Below are positions 1 to 12,435 of a stretch of DNA of 64,000 nucleotides, piece by piece (position 1 is the stretch's first letter; each line of letters starts with the position of its first letter). The stretch is from NCBI RefSeq assembly GCF_018350175.1, contig NC_058368.1:36644001-36708000 (forward strand), in the 5' to 3' direction. Under the pieces are notes generated by a model. That model was not told the DNA's origin. It did no database searches and worked only from the letters and a program-made list of their open reading frames with translations. Position numbers and translations under genes: made by a program. Origin of the DNA: Felis catus. Lineage: Eukaryota.

Positions 1-374
1 AATAAGGAAAAGTAAAACTTAAAAATAAGAGGTTTAATTCTCCCTGTTGAAAACAAGGGAGGAGATTCCTCTCCCTCCTTTTTCTCAGAACCTTACTTTA
101 GAAAACTTGTAATTGTTGGTAGTTTCTTCTCTCTTTGAAATGTATATAAATCCTTTGAAAACCAGATAGGCCTTTGTCAGCTTGATGACCCATGAATGCC
201 GTTCTCAGGGACCTGGGAGGCATCTCTTTGAAATGTAAACACAAGGAATGCACTCCCTCCTTCTCCTAGTTTCTGTGGGAGGCAGGGTGCTCTGCAGAAG
301 GTGCAAAGTGCCAGTCGCAAAGGTATTGAGAATTTGTTTCTCCGCTAGATAAAGCCGATAAACTAATACAGACC

Positions 375-905
375 TGTAGGCAGAATCCCCAGAAAAAGAA
401 AGACAACAACACATAGCTTTCTTGACATAAGAAAAGTCATTTTAGGCCCACAGCCGTCGTGTGAAAGAATGTAAGAGCAAAGAGCCAGTAGCAGTCCGGG
501 AGATAGCCTAATTGTACTCAGAAGAGAAGACTGACCCACACATCCCCTGGAGTTATCCTTGCAGGATAAACCCCTTTGAGCACTCAGATACCAGACCAAC
601 CGGAGCCAGAGAAGTAATGATGTGGATTCCGGCAGGTCCTCATGACTTTGACCTGGACGCAGTCACCTTAAGGTGAGTTTTGCCCCGGGTCTATGTTGTA
701 TTCCCCATTACACAAGCCCCTTCATGAATACATACACACACTTAGCTTAAAATTTCCCCAGTTTTGTTATTGGGGAGACACTACTTTGGGAACCATCCCC
801 ATGTCTTCTTTTATTTATTGCAGGTAAAACCCTTTCTTTTCCTATTCTCGGCTCTGTCTTTTAGCTTGACATCCACCAAGAGGCAAGCCCAGTTCTGGGT
901 AACCA
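375..905 (+). mobile_element. Solo LTR nested in the older LTR
   Basis: Starts TGTAGG, ends ...gggtaacca, is ~530 bp, has a pyrimidine-rich R/U5-like 3' part, and interrupts the host LTR. Confidence 0.6.
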
Positions 906-1125
906 CCCCACTTGGTATGTGAGTCAAGGATAAACTATGTATAACAAATGATGCTGTCCCCTTACTTGCGGACTAGTTATTGTTTATCTTGAGAACCTGT
1001 CTGTAATGGGTTCTATCTGCTTGGCTATATGAGGGGGTGAGATTTCTTTCTGTCATTGCCATGTAATCTCTTAGCAGACTGCCTGTGATATGTGTCACAT
1101 TCAGGCTTAATACTCATTCACTAAT

Positions 1126-1631
1126 TGTGAGGAGTAAGGAGATGATTCATTTTTAGAAATACCAAACAAAAGCTGTGCTGTCTAGTTAACAGTAGGTTTA
1201 CAACCTATTGGAAATACGTATGAACCCGCCTCCCCCAACAATGGAGTCCCAAACCCTTGGACACTTCACTTCCTGGTTCTGCTTCCCCTCTCCATTTCGC
1301 GGGCTTTGCAATGAGCATGTGCCAAAGAACAAAGGGGGGACTGAAAGTTTCTGTGTCACCTTAGGAATTGGACATTTGTTCCAATCAGACTACTTTTGGC
1401 CTTACATGGGCATAGGCGACGGCCAGGTAAGGCTGTAACTTCTGTAGTACTTAGCCAATGAAGAACCAGGGGAGGGGCTTCACACTAGGAGATAAATTGC
1501 CTGCTGTAACTGTCCTGAGTGTGCCTGTCCCTCAGACACTCCTCTTGCAAGAATGTTGATTAAAGCCTCGCTTCACTCTGCTCTGAGTCTCAGCATCCCT
1601 CCTTTGATTGGGTCAGCGGGCTTATTTCCCA
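1126..1631 (+). mobile_element. Solo LTR with 5-6 bp TSD (A)CTAAT
   Basis: TG...CA termini, CCAAT (~1455), GATAAA TATA-like (~1491), ATTAAA poly(A) signal (~1559). ACTAAT occurs at 1120-1125 and 1632-1637. Confidence 0.8.
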
Positions 1632-1636
1632 ACTAA

Positions 1637-2185
1637 TGATACCCTCAGGCTGGGTCTAAGGATCAAGAGGGGGTCCCATAAGGCCAGCCAAGAGGGCCCT
1701 TGGCTTTGCACAGGATAGAAATTAAATGTAAGCCGGGAGGAAGTGAGAGCAGAGTTTATTGAAGGCATAAAAAGAGAACAGATATAGACAGAGTGTCTGG
1801 GAGACTCAGAAACGAAAGAAGAGAGAGTCTTGTCTTTGCCTGGGGTCTGGACTTTTTACTGAGGATTGTGGATCTGTGTACAAGTCTTCTCAGGCATCCA
1901 GGAACAAAGACAGGTAGTTAAGTGTCCTCCATAAGTTATGTATGCCCGGAGCCGGGGGCCTTGGTGAGTCAGTCGTCTTGGAAACCTGGTAACTCCTTCG
2001 ATGTTACCTACTGTGCTGAGGGCCACCAAAAGATCATTAAATCCTTGACCTTTACAAAGAGGACGTACATTATCTGTTCTTTAAGGTGTGTGTAAGGCAA
2101 GGGTATAGGTCCTAGCAAAAATAACTGCAGAAAAAGGAGTGAAAAGAGCAGTTTTTCATGGGGTCCCTTTAGTCTCCCTGTCTCA
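1637..2185 (-). mobile_element. Solo LTR, reverse orientation
   Basis: TG...CA termini, TTTATT (AATAAA on minus) at ~1755, flanks CTAA/GTAA as a degenerate 4-bp TSD. Confidence 0.75.
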
Positions 2186-2787
2186 GTAATACAACTGTTT
2201 CTTGTTCCTCCTGTCTTTGTGGCAAGGTTTTTCTGGATTCAGAGAAGATTTTGTTTTTTAATGCTATTCCTCCAACACGGGCAAGTTGTCTTTATTATAG
2301 GTTCCTCAGGGTAAATAGTGAGACTGACCCTAGGGTAGAACCCACAGCCCTGGAGAAGCAATTTTGCAAGACATCAGAAGCAATTTCTTTCACGTGCTCT
2401 GTTGCCATATGAGATACAGATATACTATCCATCAAATGTTTCAAGGTTCACAATTCCTGGGCAATAATTGCTGTACTCAAGTATTAAAGAAAGAACACAA
2501 GAAAGGTTGAATGAATATGGATTGTGTATGAGTGGATAGATCTTTATCCCAGGACCTTTGGCATCACCTCCCTTCCTATCCCGGTGAACTCTCTGGACCA
2601 CCCAGAGGAAACCCCCGTGTTCAGTAGTAGAGTGGATCTTTGTAGATACACCTTAGTGTTAGAGTGCAGCTTTGCAAATGTCGGTTGGAGGCTTGAACCT
2701 CACACCCACCACTCCCTGGTGAGATGTTAGTCATTTGATTTAAGTTTGAGCTTCAGTTCACAGAACATAGCAATTATAGTACAGTAG

Positions 2788-3602
2788 TGTTGCAGGAATT
2801 TTTACCTCAATACATGGGGTTTGTTGCCTCGCCGCTTCAAAGAATGAAGAGGTGGACACAACAAAATGAGCAGCAGGTGGGGGTGCCTGGGTGGCCAGTC
2901 GGTTGGGCGTCCGACTTCGGCCCATGTCATGATCTCCCAGTTTGCGAGTTCGAGCCCCGCGTCAGGCTCTGTGCTCACAGCTCAGAGCCTGGAGCCTGCT
3001 TCGGATTCTGTGTCTCCCTCTCTCTCTGCCCCTCCCCAACTCATGCTCTGTCTCTCTCTGTCTTAAAAATAAATAAAACATTAAAAAAATTTTTTTTAAT
3101 GAGCAGCAGGCAAATGTTTATTAGGGTATAAGATCAGAAAGAAAGAATAGTATGAAAGCTCTCTTTATAGAGAGGGTGCATTTGAAATGCCCAAGTAGAG
3201 GTAAGGGTCTTTGTTTTCTAAGGTTCTGGTCACCCCTCTCCCCTTCCCTTCCCTGTTTTTCCTTCTCAGTTTCTATTCTTATTGGCTTGATAACTGTAAG
3301 CTCTGGGATGTCATTCCTGATTAGTTCAACAACATTGTGTGAGGGGTCAGACTATGGTCATACTGCCCCTCATATGACATAAGTTTTATGGTTTACTTAT
3401 TTTAGTCAGGTATTTTGATTGTCACATTCCTGAGGGAACCTGACGTGGAGTAGGTGGTGTCGGTTACATTCGTAAGAGGAACCTTACGCGTGAGGGGGTT
3501 TGCTGTGGTCAGACGCTCCCAACATTGTTCCCAAATATGTGTTGTTTCCCACCCAGGGACTCCAGGCCCTAACCTTTCCCTCTCTGCCTATTTTATCCTA
3601 TC
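2788..3602 (-). mobile_element. Solo LTR interrupted by a SINE
   Basis: TGTTGC terminus, TTTATT at ~3117, ATTGG (CCAAT on minus) at ~3281. The sequence is continuous across the SINE TSD. Confidence 0.7.
2880..3097 (+). mobile_element. Carnivore SINE (CanSINE/SINEC)
   Basis: tRNA-like head, (CT)n, A tail; TSD AATGAGCAGCAGG. Confidence 0.95.
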
Positions 3603-3613
3603 TGTTCCCATCA

Positions 3614-4109
3614 TAGTAGGAGAGGGAAACTTTTCCATTCTTCCCTTCTATGTTCTTTGGCCTAATAATTAAATTGCCATAAGACAGATTAACAGGATAA
3701 AAACAAAGTTAACTAGTACATACAGGAGCCCCCCATGAGAGGCTCCCTGGCAGTCAGGGAGTTGAGGCTTATATACCATTGTGAGCTAAGGAGACGGGGG
3801 TAGAAGGGTGGGAAGAGCGAATGTTTGATAAACATGTTCGTCACACCAGGCAGAGACAATGAGACACAGAGAAGACTTGGAACACACAGGCCCTGCTGAG
3901 CTCCCCCCACTCACCACACCTGCCCTTCACTCTGTTGTTCTTGCTGGTGATTGCTCTCCTCCGGACCAGGTCCTCTATCTAAATTTTTAGGAGTTAAGGA
4001 GGAGGTAAAAAGCTCATCCGGAGTCTTTTGGGTCTTGACTGCCCTCAGCTCAGAATACTCCACATGCCAAAGTGGCCCGCTATGAAGAGGCTCATTCTGA
4101 ACCCCTTCA
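3614..4109 (-). mobile_element. MER34-like ERV1 solo LTR
   Basis: The end catgccaaagtgg...attctgaaccccttca is the reverse complement of the recalled MER34-type 5' end TGAAGGGG..CAGAATATGCC...CACTTTGGCAT. Confidence 0.65.
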
Positions 4110-4217
4110 GTCCCCATCCAAGAGGGCAGCTGTGAGGTATGGATGAGCCAGACACATACAAGACAGTGGCTGCTCTGGCAAAGAGCCAAGACTGGTCAGC
4201 CAGTGCCCACCAGCATC

Positions 4218-4575
4218 TTTTTTCTTCTTATAAATTGATGCATAACTGACATATAACATATATTAGTTCTAAATGTACATCATAATGAATCCATATTTGT
4301 ATACATTGTGGAATGATTACCATATCCATCACCATATATTATTAAGAATTATGTTTTTTTGTGATGAGGGTTGTTAAGATCTACTCTCTCAGCAACCTTC
4401 AAGTATATGATACAGTATTGTTAACTGTAGTCACGATATTGTACATTATATCCCCAGAACTTATTCATCTTATAACTAGAAGTTTGTACCTTTTGATCCC
4501 CTCACTCACTTTGCCTTCCACTACCCCCTACCCCTGGCAACCATCGGTTTTCTGTATCTGTGAGCTTGGGATTTT
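4218..4575 (-). mobile_element. L1 3' end fragment (L1MA-type)
   Basis: Typical reverse-strand L1MA 3'UTR motifs (aagatctactctctcagcaac..caagtata..atacagtattgttaact). Confidence 0.75.
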
Positions 4576-4883
4576 AAATCAGAGCATACACAGTCAGTGC
4601 CTGGCATTCCTGGCTTGAAACTGGACCCTTTCACATGTTCAATATCAATGGTGTCCCGTATGGGACAGCCGTCCCATACTCATGGACCCCAGGGTTCTCT
4701 GCCCACCCCTTAAGCCCACTGTCCGTTGTACTTCCTATTCCAAAGAATCACATGTTGCCACTTACTCCCATTCCTTTGCTGTCTGAACGATCAACTTGTT
4801 TTTGATTGTCAGTGTCTATTCTGATTCTGTGTCTTCACCCACTGAGGGCTCTTTATCTTCTCCCTAATGAGAGGTAGAGAAAA

Positions 4884-5376
4884 TGTAAGGGTTAAATTGT
4901 AGTGTAGGGCTAACGCTTACCTTGAAAAATAACAGCTTTGTTCTGACACCAAAGGTCAAAAGATAACAGCCTTGCCTTTACTCTTGTAAATCATGCTTCA
5001 TACTCTTGTGAATCAGGCTTTATCAATGAAGGAAACAAAAGCTCAAAAAAAGAGCATCAGTGACAAGGTCAAGGAGATCCACTGGTTGCAACTTAGCGGC
5101 AGAAAGTCTAAAATAATCACCTCATTCGATAACTGTTTCTGACTCATCTGGCAACTGTTTCTAATTCATCTGGGAACTGTTTCTCTGTTCTGTTCCCAGA
5201 TAATGATAAAACGATGTGATCGGCTTTAAAAACTCTGTACCCCGGCTGTTCGGGGCTGCACTCTTATCAAGAGTGTTGGTCCCGATCGGTCCGCCTTGCC
5301 TCTATTGTAATAAACTTTGTTGTGACTGTCACTGGTGCCCGTAGCATTCTGTTTCAGGAGTCGTGTGGATGCAACA
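4884..5376 (+). mobile_element. Relatively young ERV1-like solo LTR with tandem U3 repeats
   Basis: TGTAAG...GCAACA termini, AATAAA at 5309-5314, retained CpGs, and two sets of 22-bp tandem repeats. Confidence 0.8.
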
Positions 5377-5401
5377 AAAGACCTATAGAATTTACTGAAC
5401 A

Positions 5402-5656
5402 GGGGTGCCTGGGTGGCTCAGTCAGTTAGGCGTCCGACTTCGGCTCAGGTCATGATCTCATGGTTCATGAGTTCAAGCCTCGCATCGGGCTCTGTGCTGA
5501 CAGCTCAGAGCCTAGAGCCTACATCAGATTCTGTGACTCTCTCTCTCTCTGCCCCTCCCCTGCTCATGCTCTGTTTCTGTCTCTCAAAAAATAAATAAAT
5601 AAATAAATAAATAAATAAATGCTAAAAAATTTGTTTTAAAGTAATAAATAAATAAA
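5402..5656 (+). mobile_element. Carnivore SINE
   Basis: GGGGTGCCTGGGTGGCTCAG head, (TAAA)n tail, degenerate TSD AGAATTnAnTGAACA. Confidence 0.95.
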
Positions 5657-6429
5657 AGAATTCAATGAACAAATTTCAGGATAAAAATCTTAACACTGCT
5701 TTACAAGCCAAAACTAAAATTCTCAAAGTGTAATGTATATTCTGAGGTACAATTTTAATGAATAGCAGGGCAGAAGAAGTCACCAGGATTTTTGAGTACT
5801 AAATAGCAATTTCCTGTCTTTTGAGAATTCATTTAACATAGCGCTTTCTAACACAATATGTGAAGAATCGGGTTTTATTATTAAGCTCAGTTGCAATTTC
5901 ATTTAAAATTATAACATTTTACACGTACTGTTTAAAGTGGCTAAATGTGCAATTTGTATTTCTCATAAACTCTAATTACATTTTAAGGAGTATACAGGCA
6001 AAAATAAAGTTTAACTTCCATACTTACTATAAAATCAATTAAAGAAATTCAAAAACACTAATGAAAATTTTGCAGATATTACACTTGTGCAAATAGAGAC
6101 CAAAATCCTCTGTTAGCAAAATGTTTCATCTTTAGTTTTCCCACAACAGTTGTATTTGTAAGGATAAGAAAGGTGTTAATGAACCATGCATCCATCCATC
6201 CATCAGGTTATTCATTCAGTAAATCAGTCACTAACTGAAACTTAACATCACCTGCTTTGGAGATTCTAAAAGGATTAACATTATGAGGCTGTCCGTGCAA
6301 AGTTTAAGAGAGAAGATAAGACATGATGCAACAGAGGAAGAATAGATTTCTTTAATCTTGGAGGTAACATTTGGGAAGATAGAAATCATCCTTAAAGGAG
6401 ATAGAAGGACAGACAGAAAAATCATGGGC

Positions 6430-6622
6430 TTTGGGTAAATTTCTAGTGCCACTCTTTACTAGCTGTGTGACCCAGGGCAGCCTGCTTAAATACTATAAGC
6501 TTTAATTACCTTGTCTATAAAACGGGAGATGTTATAGCATTACCACACAACCTTGTTCGGAGGATTAATTGAGTTAAAATCAGCAAATCACACTACTTTG
6601 CATATAGTAGGTCTCAATAAAT
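6430..6622 (+). mobile_element. MIR fragment
   Basis: MIR core motifs: tactagctgtgtgacc, ctataaaacggg, aggattaattgag. Confidence 0.7.
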
Positions 6623-6691
6623 TCCAGTTCCACCCCATTCATCCGATTTCTCTTAGTTTGGATTTTTTTTTTTTTAATATTTAAACCTCTT

Positions 6692-6912
6692 GGGGTGCCA
6701 GGGTGGCTCAGTCGGTTGAGCATCCAGCTCCAGCTCAGGTCATGATCTCACAGTCTGTGAGGTCGAGCCCCGCATTGGGCTCTGCGCTGACAGCTCAGAA
6801 CCTGGAGCCTGCTTCGTATTCTGTCTCTCCCTCTCTCTCTGTCTCACCCCTGCTTGCACTCTGACTCTATCTCTCTCTCTTTCAAAAATGAATAAATGTT
6901 AAAAAAATTTTA
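6692..6912 (+). mobile_element. Carnivore SINE
   Basis: Head, body and tail present; TSD AATATTTAAACCTCT. Confidence 0.95.
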
Positions 6913-7398
6913 AATATTTAAACCTCTGGATTTAACCCATTTATTCAGTCATTTAAACATTCATTGAACACATACAATATGCCTGGCACTGTGATAGGTG
7001 CTGGGGATCCAAAGATGAATAATTCAAAATTCCTGCTGGGTATAATCATTTACTAGAGGAGAAAGACCCATAAATAAATCGACACACTAGAGAATACAAG
7101 AGGAGTAGAATGGCTCCAGGGGTCCAGAAGAGAATGCATTGCCTCTGTCTTAAAAGGTGGGAGAGGAGGGTTCAGATTTATGGCTACCTTGGCAACTGGT
7201 ACTCCATAAATGTATCCAAATGGAGACTTTTTGCAAGCAAGTAGTCCTAGCAGTTCTTTAAAAAATCCTCCCATTTATTAGACACTAATGAAAAGTGATA
7301 AAGAAGGCAAAATGGTTGCCAACAGGGGGAGGCAGATTTGCAAAGTCCAAGTGCCTGGGTCTGTATCTGTGTGCTATCCCGTATTAACTGTCTGCAGG

Positions 7399-7610
7399 TT
7401 ATTATTTATTTATTTATTTTTGGTGGGGCGGGGGTGGGGGGGGGGAGTGCAAGTCAGGGAAGGGGCAAAAGGGAGACAGAGGTTATGAAGGGAGCTCTGC
7501 CCTGACAGGTTGACAGCAGTGAGCCCGATGTGGGGCTCAAACTCACAAACCCCGAGATTAAGACCTGAGCTGCAATCAGATGCTCAAACAACTGAGCCAC
7601 CCAGGCGCCC
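7399..7610 (-). mobile_element. Carnivore SINE
   Basis: Ends ctgagccacccaggcgccc; TSD CTGTCTGCAGG. Confidence 0.9.
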
Positions 7611-8439
7611 CTGTCTGCAGGATATTTAGCTTCTCTCAGCCTCCAGTTCCTCGTGTGAGGGAAGTAACTGCATCTATCTATATCATTGACTCTTCAATGA
7701 AAACAAAAAATTATGTAAAACGCTGCATTCTGTGGCTGGAACATGTTAAATATTTGATATTAGCTGCTATTATTACTTGCCTAAGCCTTCTTGCAAGCAT
7801 TAACATAGGTGTTTTTCTTTTTAAAAGGACATGCTCCAATTATAATGGCAGAAATAAAAAGGGCCCTTCCATCCTGGGATTTAGGAGTTCTCCCGGTTAG
7901 CCATTCTCCCTCTCGTATTGCTGCCTTGGGGTATCTGGTGTGGCACCAAGAAGAACGGGCTGGAAAGCGCTGATGTTCCATCGCATCATAATTCCACACA
8001 TGTAGAAACAGTTCCCCCTCCAGAAAGTGGGGAAACTGCCTGTCCTCAGGGATGTCTCAAGGCCAGAGGGGATGATCTCTATGAAAGTGCCTTTGAAGGA
8101 AATAATTGAGTTCATTCAAAGTTTAATTATGATCATTTTGAACACAAAATGATTTCCCAGCATCCTGTATAACATAAGCTTTTTTGAGCTTAAATACATT
8201 TACCTTTTACCCTCTCCTACCACCATGTTTGATACATAAAAGATGCCCTCAAATGATGGTTAAGTTGTTAAATAAAATCGTATGTACCAAAGGCTACCTG
8301 TACTGAAGCCGTGTTCGGGAATAATTTACTCTTAAAAAATGTTTTTTAAATCACTTTTTAAGTTGAAGTATGTGAATGCAAACATTTCAGTCTTTGGAGC
8401 CAGCTGGGTATTTGATTTCACGGCCTTGTTTTCACATTC

Positions 8440-9200
8440 CCAGTTACCTGGACGTGCGCACAGACCACAGACGCACACATATTTGTTCTTTGTTATTCTA
8501 ACAGCACCTGGCGCTCCTGCTTGAGGTTTGGCTTTGCTTTTTGATGTCGGAAGTCGGCTTGGGGATTGCAGTGGGACGCAGCGAGCTCGGAGGCAATGGG
8601 GGAAAGGCGCCAACGTCTGAACTGGTGCCTAATCCTCCGCTTCCTCCTCTTGGGAGCGCACCTAATTCAAGGATTTAGAGACGCCTGCCACACCTTTCGG
8701 CTGTATTGGGCTGCAATTCATCTTTGGAGCAAACGGATTCCAAATGTAAAGGTCAAACCACTCGGCAGCCGCCTTGGCATCTAACAGAAGGCTTCTGTGT
8801 CCCAGGGGCATCTACCGCCGACCAGAGCCCTCTCAGCGCAGGATCCAGGTCGGTCCCTGACTGCACAGGCTTTTCTTGGCACGCACAGCAAAGGCTTCGG
8901 GGCGTTTCCAGCTGCCACTTGCCAAAAGGCTGCAGCCGCTGTGCGGTCCAAGTGCCTGGCTTGAACGCGTTCCAGCGCTGTGTTCTGTGGCTTTGAGGTT
9001 TGCCCTCGCTCGCGCCCGCCGTGTGTGGGAAGGTCCCCTGGGAACCGAGGCGGCGGCTCTGCGCGCAGGGCTTATCAAAGGTCTTCCGCTGTGCGGCAAA
9101 TGGAAAGCAGCCAGGCTCTTGGAGGAGGCTTACAACTTGCCAGTTATTTTCCGGGGCACTTCGGTGTGTTGCCTTCTCCTCTTCTCAAGTCTGCACGTAG
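8440..9200. promoter_or_regulatory. CpG-rich, GC-rich non-repeat segment (CpG-island-like promoter/enhancer)
   Basis: CpG dinucleotides are visibly dense compared with the CpG-depleted flanks. There is an ETS-type CGGAAGT at 8548-8554, TGCGCGCA at 9060-9067 and a TCF/LEF-type ATCAAAG at 9074-9080. No repeat hallmarks. Confidence 0.6.
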
Positions 9201-10049
9201 CAAGGTGCTTTCCTTTAACTTTTCCTCTTCCTTTTCCCCCCTTTCCTTTTCCTTCCTGGTTTTATGCCACACAGTTGTTAAGTCCCAATTTTGTATTGCC
9301 CGATTGCGTTCCCTTTGTAAAATTTGCCATATAACCTCTCGAATCTGGCAGCGTACATGCTTGCTAACTTACTCCATTCCCCACCCCCCTCCGTGTTCAG
9401 GGTTTTATTTCTACTTAGCATCTAGTTTATAATGTCTTTTATTAAGATTGGAAACTTAATTATGTACGTATTTGAAACCTGAACCCGTTAAGTCGATAGA
9501 TCCCTTGAAAACGTTGTTTGCCAGGTGTGCAATCACAGTGAATGTGCAAAAATGTTGCCCAATTAGTTTTTAAAGCTTAACTGAAAACAGGCTGAGGGAC
9601 TAGCTTTTTAAGTGGAGAAAAATGGCTCCCTAGATGTTAGAAGAAATAAGGAAAATGCATGAAATGAGTGAGAAATAAAATTATGAGGATTATATCCACA
9701 GGAAAGATATCAGGGGAGAGACACTGAAAGGAAAGAGGAAAATGAAGATTTTACAGTGTAAACAGTAGCAGGTTCCCCTCCTGGAGGAAGTCGGAGGCTG
9801 CTCAGCTCACCCCCCTGCCCTTGGGTCTCTCTGGGTTCTCTCCATCCTGAGTCAGTCACCACCTCCGCTGTGTGTCTGCACACGACCACCTCCTCCTTGT
9901 GTGTCTATAGACACATGGGGGTGATCGGATGCTTCACATTGTCATCATGACTTATTCACCGTCTCTCCCATCAGACTATAAGCATCTCAGGGGCAGGAAT
10001 CATGACAAGTGTCCAGGACAGTAAAGATTAGTCGTTGGAAGGAGTAGTA

Positions 10050-10461
10050 GTGTCTGATGGGCCTGACCCCCTTCAAGGGCGTCAGGGATGTGCTACTCTG
10101 GCAGCCGGAAGGCTGTCAGTTGAGAGCCCTTTCAACTTGCAGCCTTCGGAGGATGCCCTCAGCTGCGGACAGCTGCTTTGGCCCAGGTCACACCCTTCCA
10201 GGGGTCATACATCTCCAATGACTGGTGCCCCCCATCCCAGCCTGGCTTGGGACAACTCTGAAATGTTGCTCTAGCTTCAGAGCTTCTCCGTGGGCTTGGC
10301 CAGGCTCTCAGTGGCCTGCATTGCCAGTGGCCTTCTCTCTCTGTCCACTCCTAGTTTGCCCCTTGTTTACACAGGTGTTTGGCCCAAGGGCACTGGCTAA
10401 TGAACACTCTATACACAAAATCCCATCTGAGTCTGCCTCTTGGAGAACCCTACCTGCAACC
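10050..10461 (+). mobile_element. ERVL LTR (LTR16-like)
   Basis: The 3' end ...tcccatctgagtctgcctcttggagaaccctacctgcaac resembles the recalled LTR16 terminus. Confidence 0.6.
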
Positions 10462-11859
10462 CCGTTTAGCTGAGGATGGTAAATAATTAGGGCAAGGGGT
10501 AGAGAATTTAGGAGGAAGTATTTTAATATCTTAAATGATGTGGGGTTCTAAAGGAGAATGAAGAGATATAAAACCAAAAAAAAAAAAAAATGTAGTCTGG
10601 TGGAAAGAATAATTGCTGGGGAGTTCCCAGACCTGGTGCTTATGTGGGCTCTCCTAAGAGCTGAATGCGTGACCTTGGGACAGTCCCAGCAACCCATGGG
10701 CCTCCCTCCTCTTCTACAAAGGGAAAAGAGTTGGAAAAGCATATTCCCAAAGTACCCCCCTCCTCTGCCCTCCCATCAGTCTGGATTAGAAACTCTAAGA
10801 ACATTTAGCAAAATTTGACTGCAACCACGAGATTTCCAAAGATGACCTCGAAACTGTAAATCCAGGAGACAAAGCTGAAGGAAAAGAAAATGTGCCATTC
10901 AGCGTTCGAGGCGGTGATCTAACATCCCTCGGAGTCTGTCATTTTGACAACTCACAGACGTGTGAGGAAGGCATTCCTTTGATGGCTGCTTGTCTAGAGA
11001 TAACTGTGCTTTTCAAAGGAATGAGGTGAGGGAACAAGGAGGGCATGGGCTTGGCAGACAGTGGAAATTGGAATGGAAACACCATGGGGAGTAAGTCAGA
11101 CAGAAAAAACACAATTATTGACAGTGGAGATGAAGAGACTGACAAAGAGGAACATTTTATAGTCACAGAAGTAAAGCTTCTTGCAAATCAAGAAGTTTGG
11201 CCGGAAATGAGAGGTTGCAATCTTACTTAGTTTCATTGTGTTTGGTTCCATTTTGTTTGCCTTTAGTTAAAACAATAGTCATTCATCAAATAATCAAACG
11301 CCTATTTTTATCAGGTAGGCTTCTTTGATGCAGTCAAAAAAGGGAACAAAATAACAAAAGAAGAATTTGTGGTCAGAGTAGGAAGTGGCTAACAGAATAG
11401 AAGGAAAAGTCAAACAAGCCAGCTCCCAGGATAGGACCCAGGGAGCCTCCAGGGCTCTAACAGCAGGAGCAAGAGAGAGGCTTTCCAGGATCCAGGCTTC
11501 CCAACCTTTTCATCCTGTGAAGCCTTAACTTTCTGGGAGAGAAGGTAAAGAGACTAACTTGTGCTATCCTTGGCTGGAAGGAAAGGAACGACCCCCTTGC
11601 CTGATGATTGGGGAGGAGCCATTCCCCAGAGGAAATCAAGTTTCTGTCGCCAAACGAAAGGACAAAGGATGCATGCAGGCCAGCAAAACTTTCAGAAAGT
11701 TCCCCCCACCCCCTAAGCATTGCTATAGCCATGGCTTATGTTGGTGAGAGGCACAGAGATGAGCCCTACTCACCGGGAGCATGGAGCCTAGTAAGAAAGC
11801 GTAACAAGGTATGACAAATCCTGCTGGCTAGTGACCTTATAGCCATTCCTGCCTTGTTT

Positions 11860-12190
11860 TTTCTTGCCTAGCTCTACCTCATAGTTTGACAAAGTGAAGT
11901 ACTCACTTTCCCAGACTCCCTTGCAGCTAGAAATGGCTAAGTGACATGGCTTTAGCCTGTACGTATAAGCAGAAGCCTGCTAGAGGGCTGACGGAAAACC
12001 CTTTGCTTTCTGTGATAAAAGAGACAGATGCATCTGGTACAGTCCTTTCCCTCCTTTTCCTGCTTGAGACACGATGTCTGGTGCTACATCCATGAGGATG
12101 AAACACCAATTGAAATAGTGGAGGAGAAGAATGAACAAGGCTCGGGGCTTCCTTGTTATTTGTAAGCCCCTTTGCTATTTGTAGATGGAT
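11860..12190 (+). mobile_element. Old MaLR LTR fragment (MLT1I/J/K-like)
   Basis: The motif tttcccagactcccttgcagctag...gtgacat is characteristic of old MLT1. Confidence 0.55.
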
Positions 12191-12204
12191 GCATTTCTTT
12201 TTCA

Positions 12205-12435
12205 TTTTTTAAATTGTTTTAAATGCTTATTTTATTTATTTTGAGAGAGAGAGAGAGAGAGAGAGCGCACATGCACATGAGTGGGGGAGGTGCAGAGACA
12301 GAATGAGAGAGCGAATCCCAAGCAGGCTCCATGCTGTTAGTGCAGAGCCCGACTCAGGGCTCAAACTCAAAAACTGTGAGATCATGACCTGAATCGAAAC
12401 CAAGAGTCAGTCGCCTGAGATTCTCAGGTACCCCT
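12205..12435 (-). mobile_element. Carnivore SINE
   Basis: T-rich tail, (GA)n, gagatcatgacctga. Confidence 0.9.

Larger units (their letters stand above)
1..2277 (+). mobile_element. Old ERV1/MER-type LTR split into three pieces (~1-374, ~906-1125, 2186-2277) by younger LTRs
   Basis: The pieces read continuously as an LTR: TATA region ctatatgaggggg (~1025), a degenerate poly(A) signal split at cactaa|...|tacaac, and a 3' end ...ctccaaca at 2277. Family not determined. Confidence 0.6.

Noticed and set aside
7897..8115. Overlapping short ORFs beside the CpG-rich segment
   Set aside because: No recognisable product or convincing splice signals.
8876..9432. The two longest ORFs (152 and 150 aa)
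   Set aside because: No recognisable domain, overlapping in several frames, and explained by stop-codon scarcity in GC-rich DNA.
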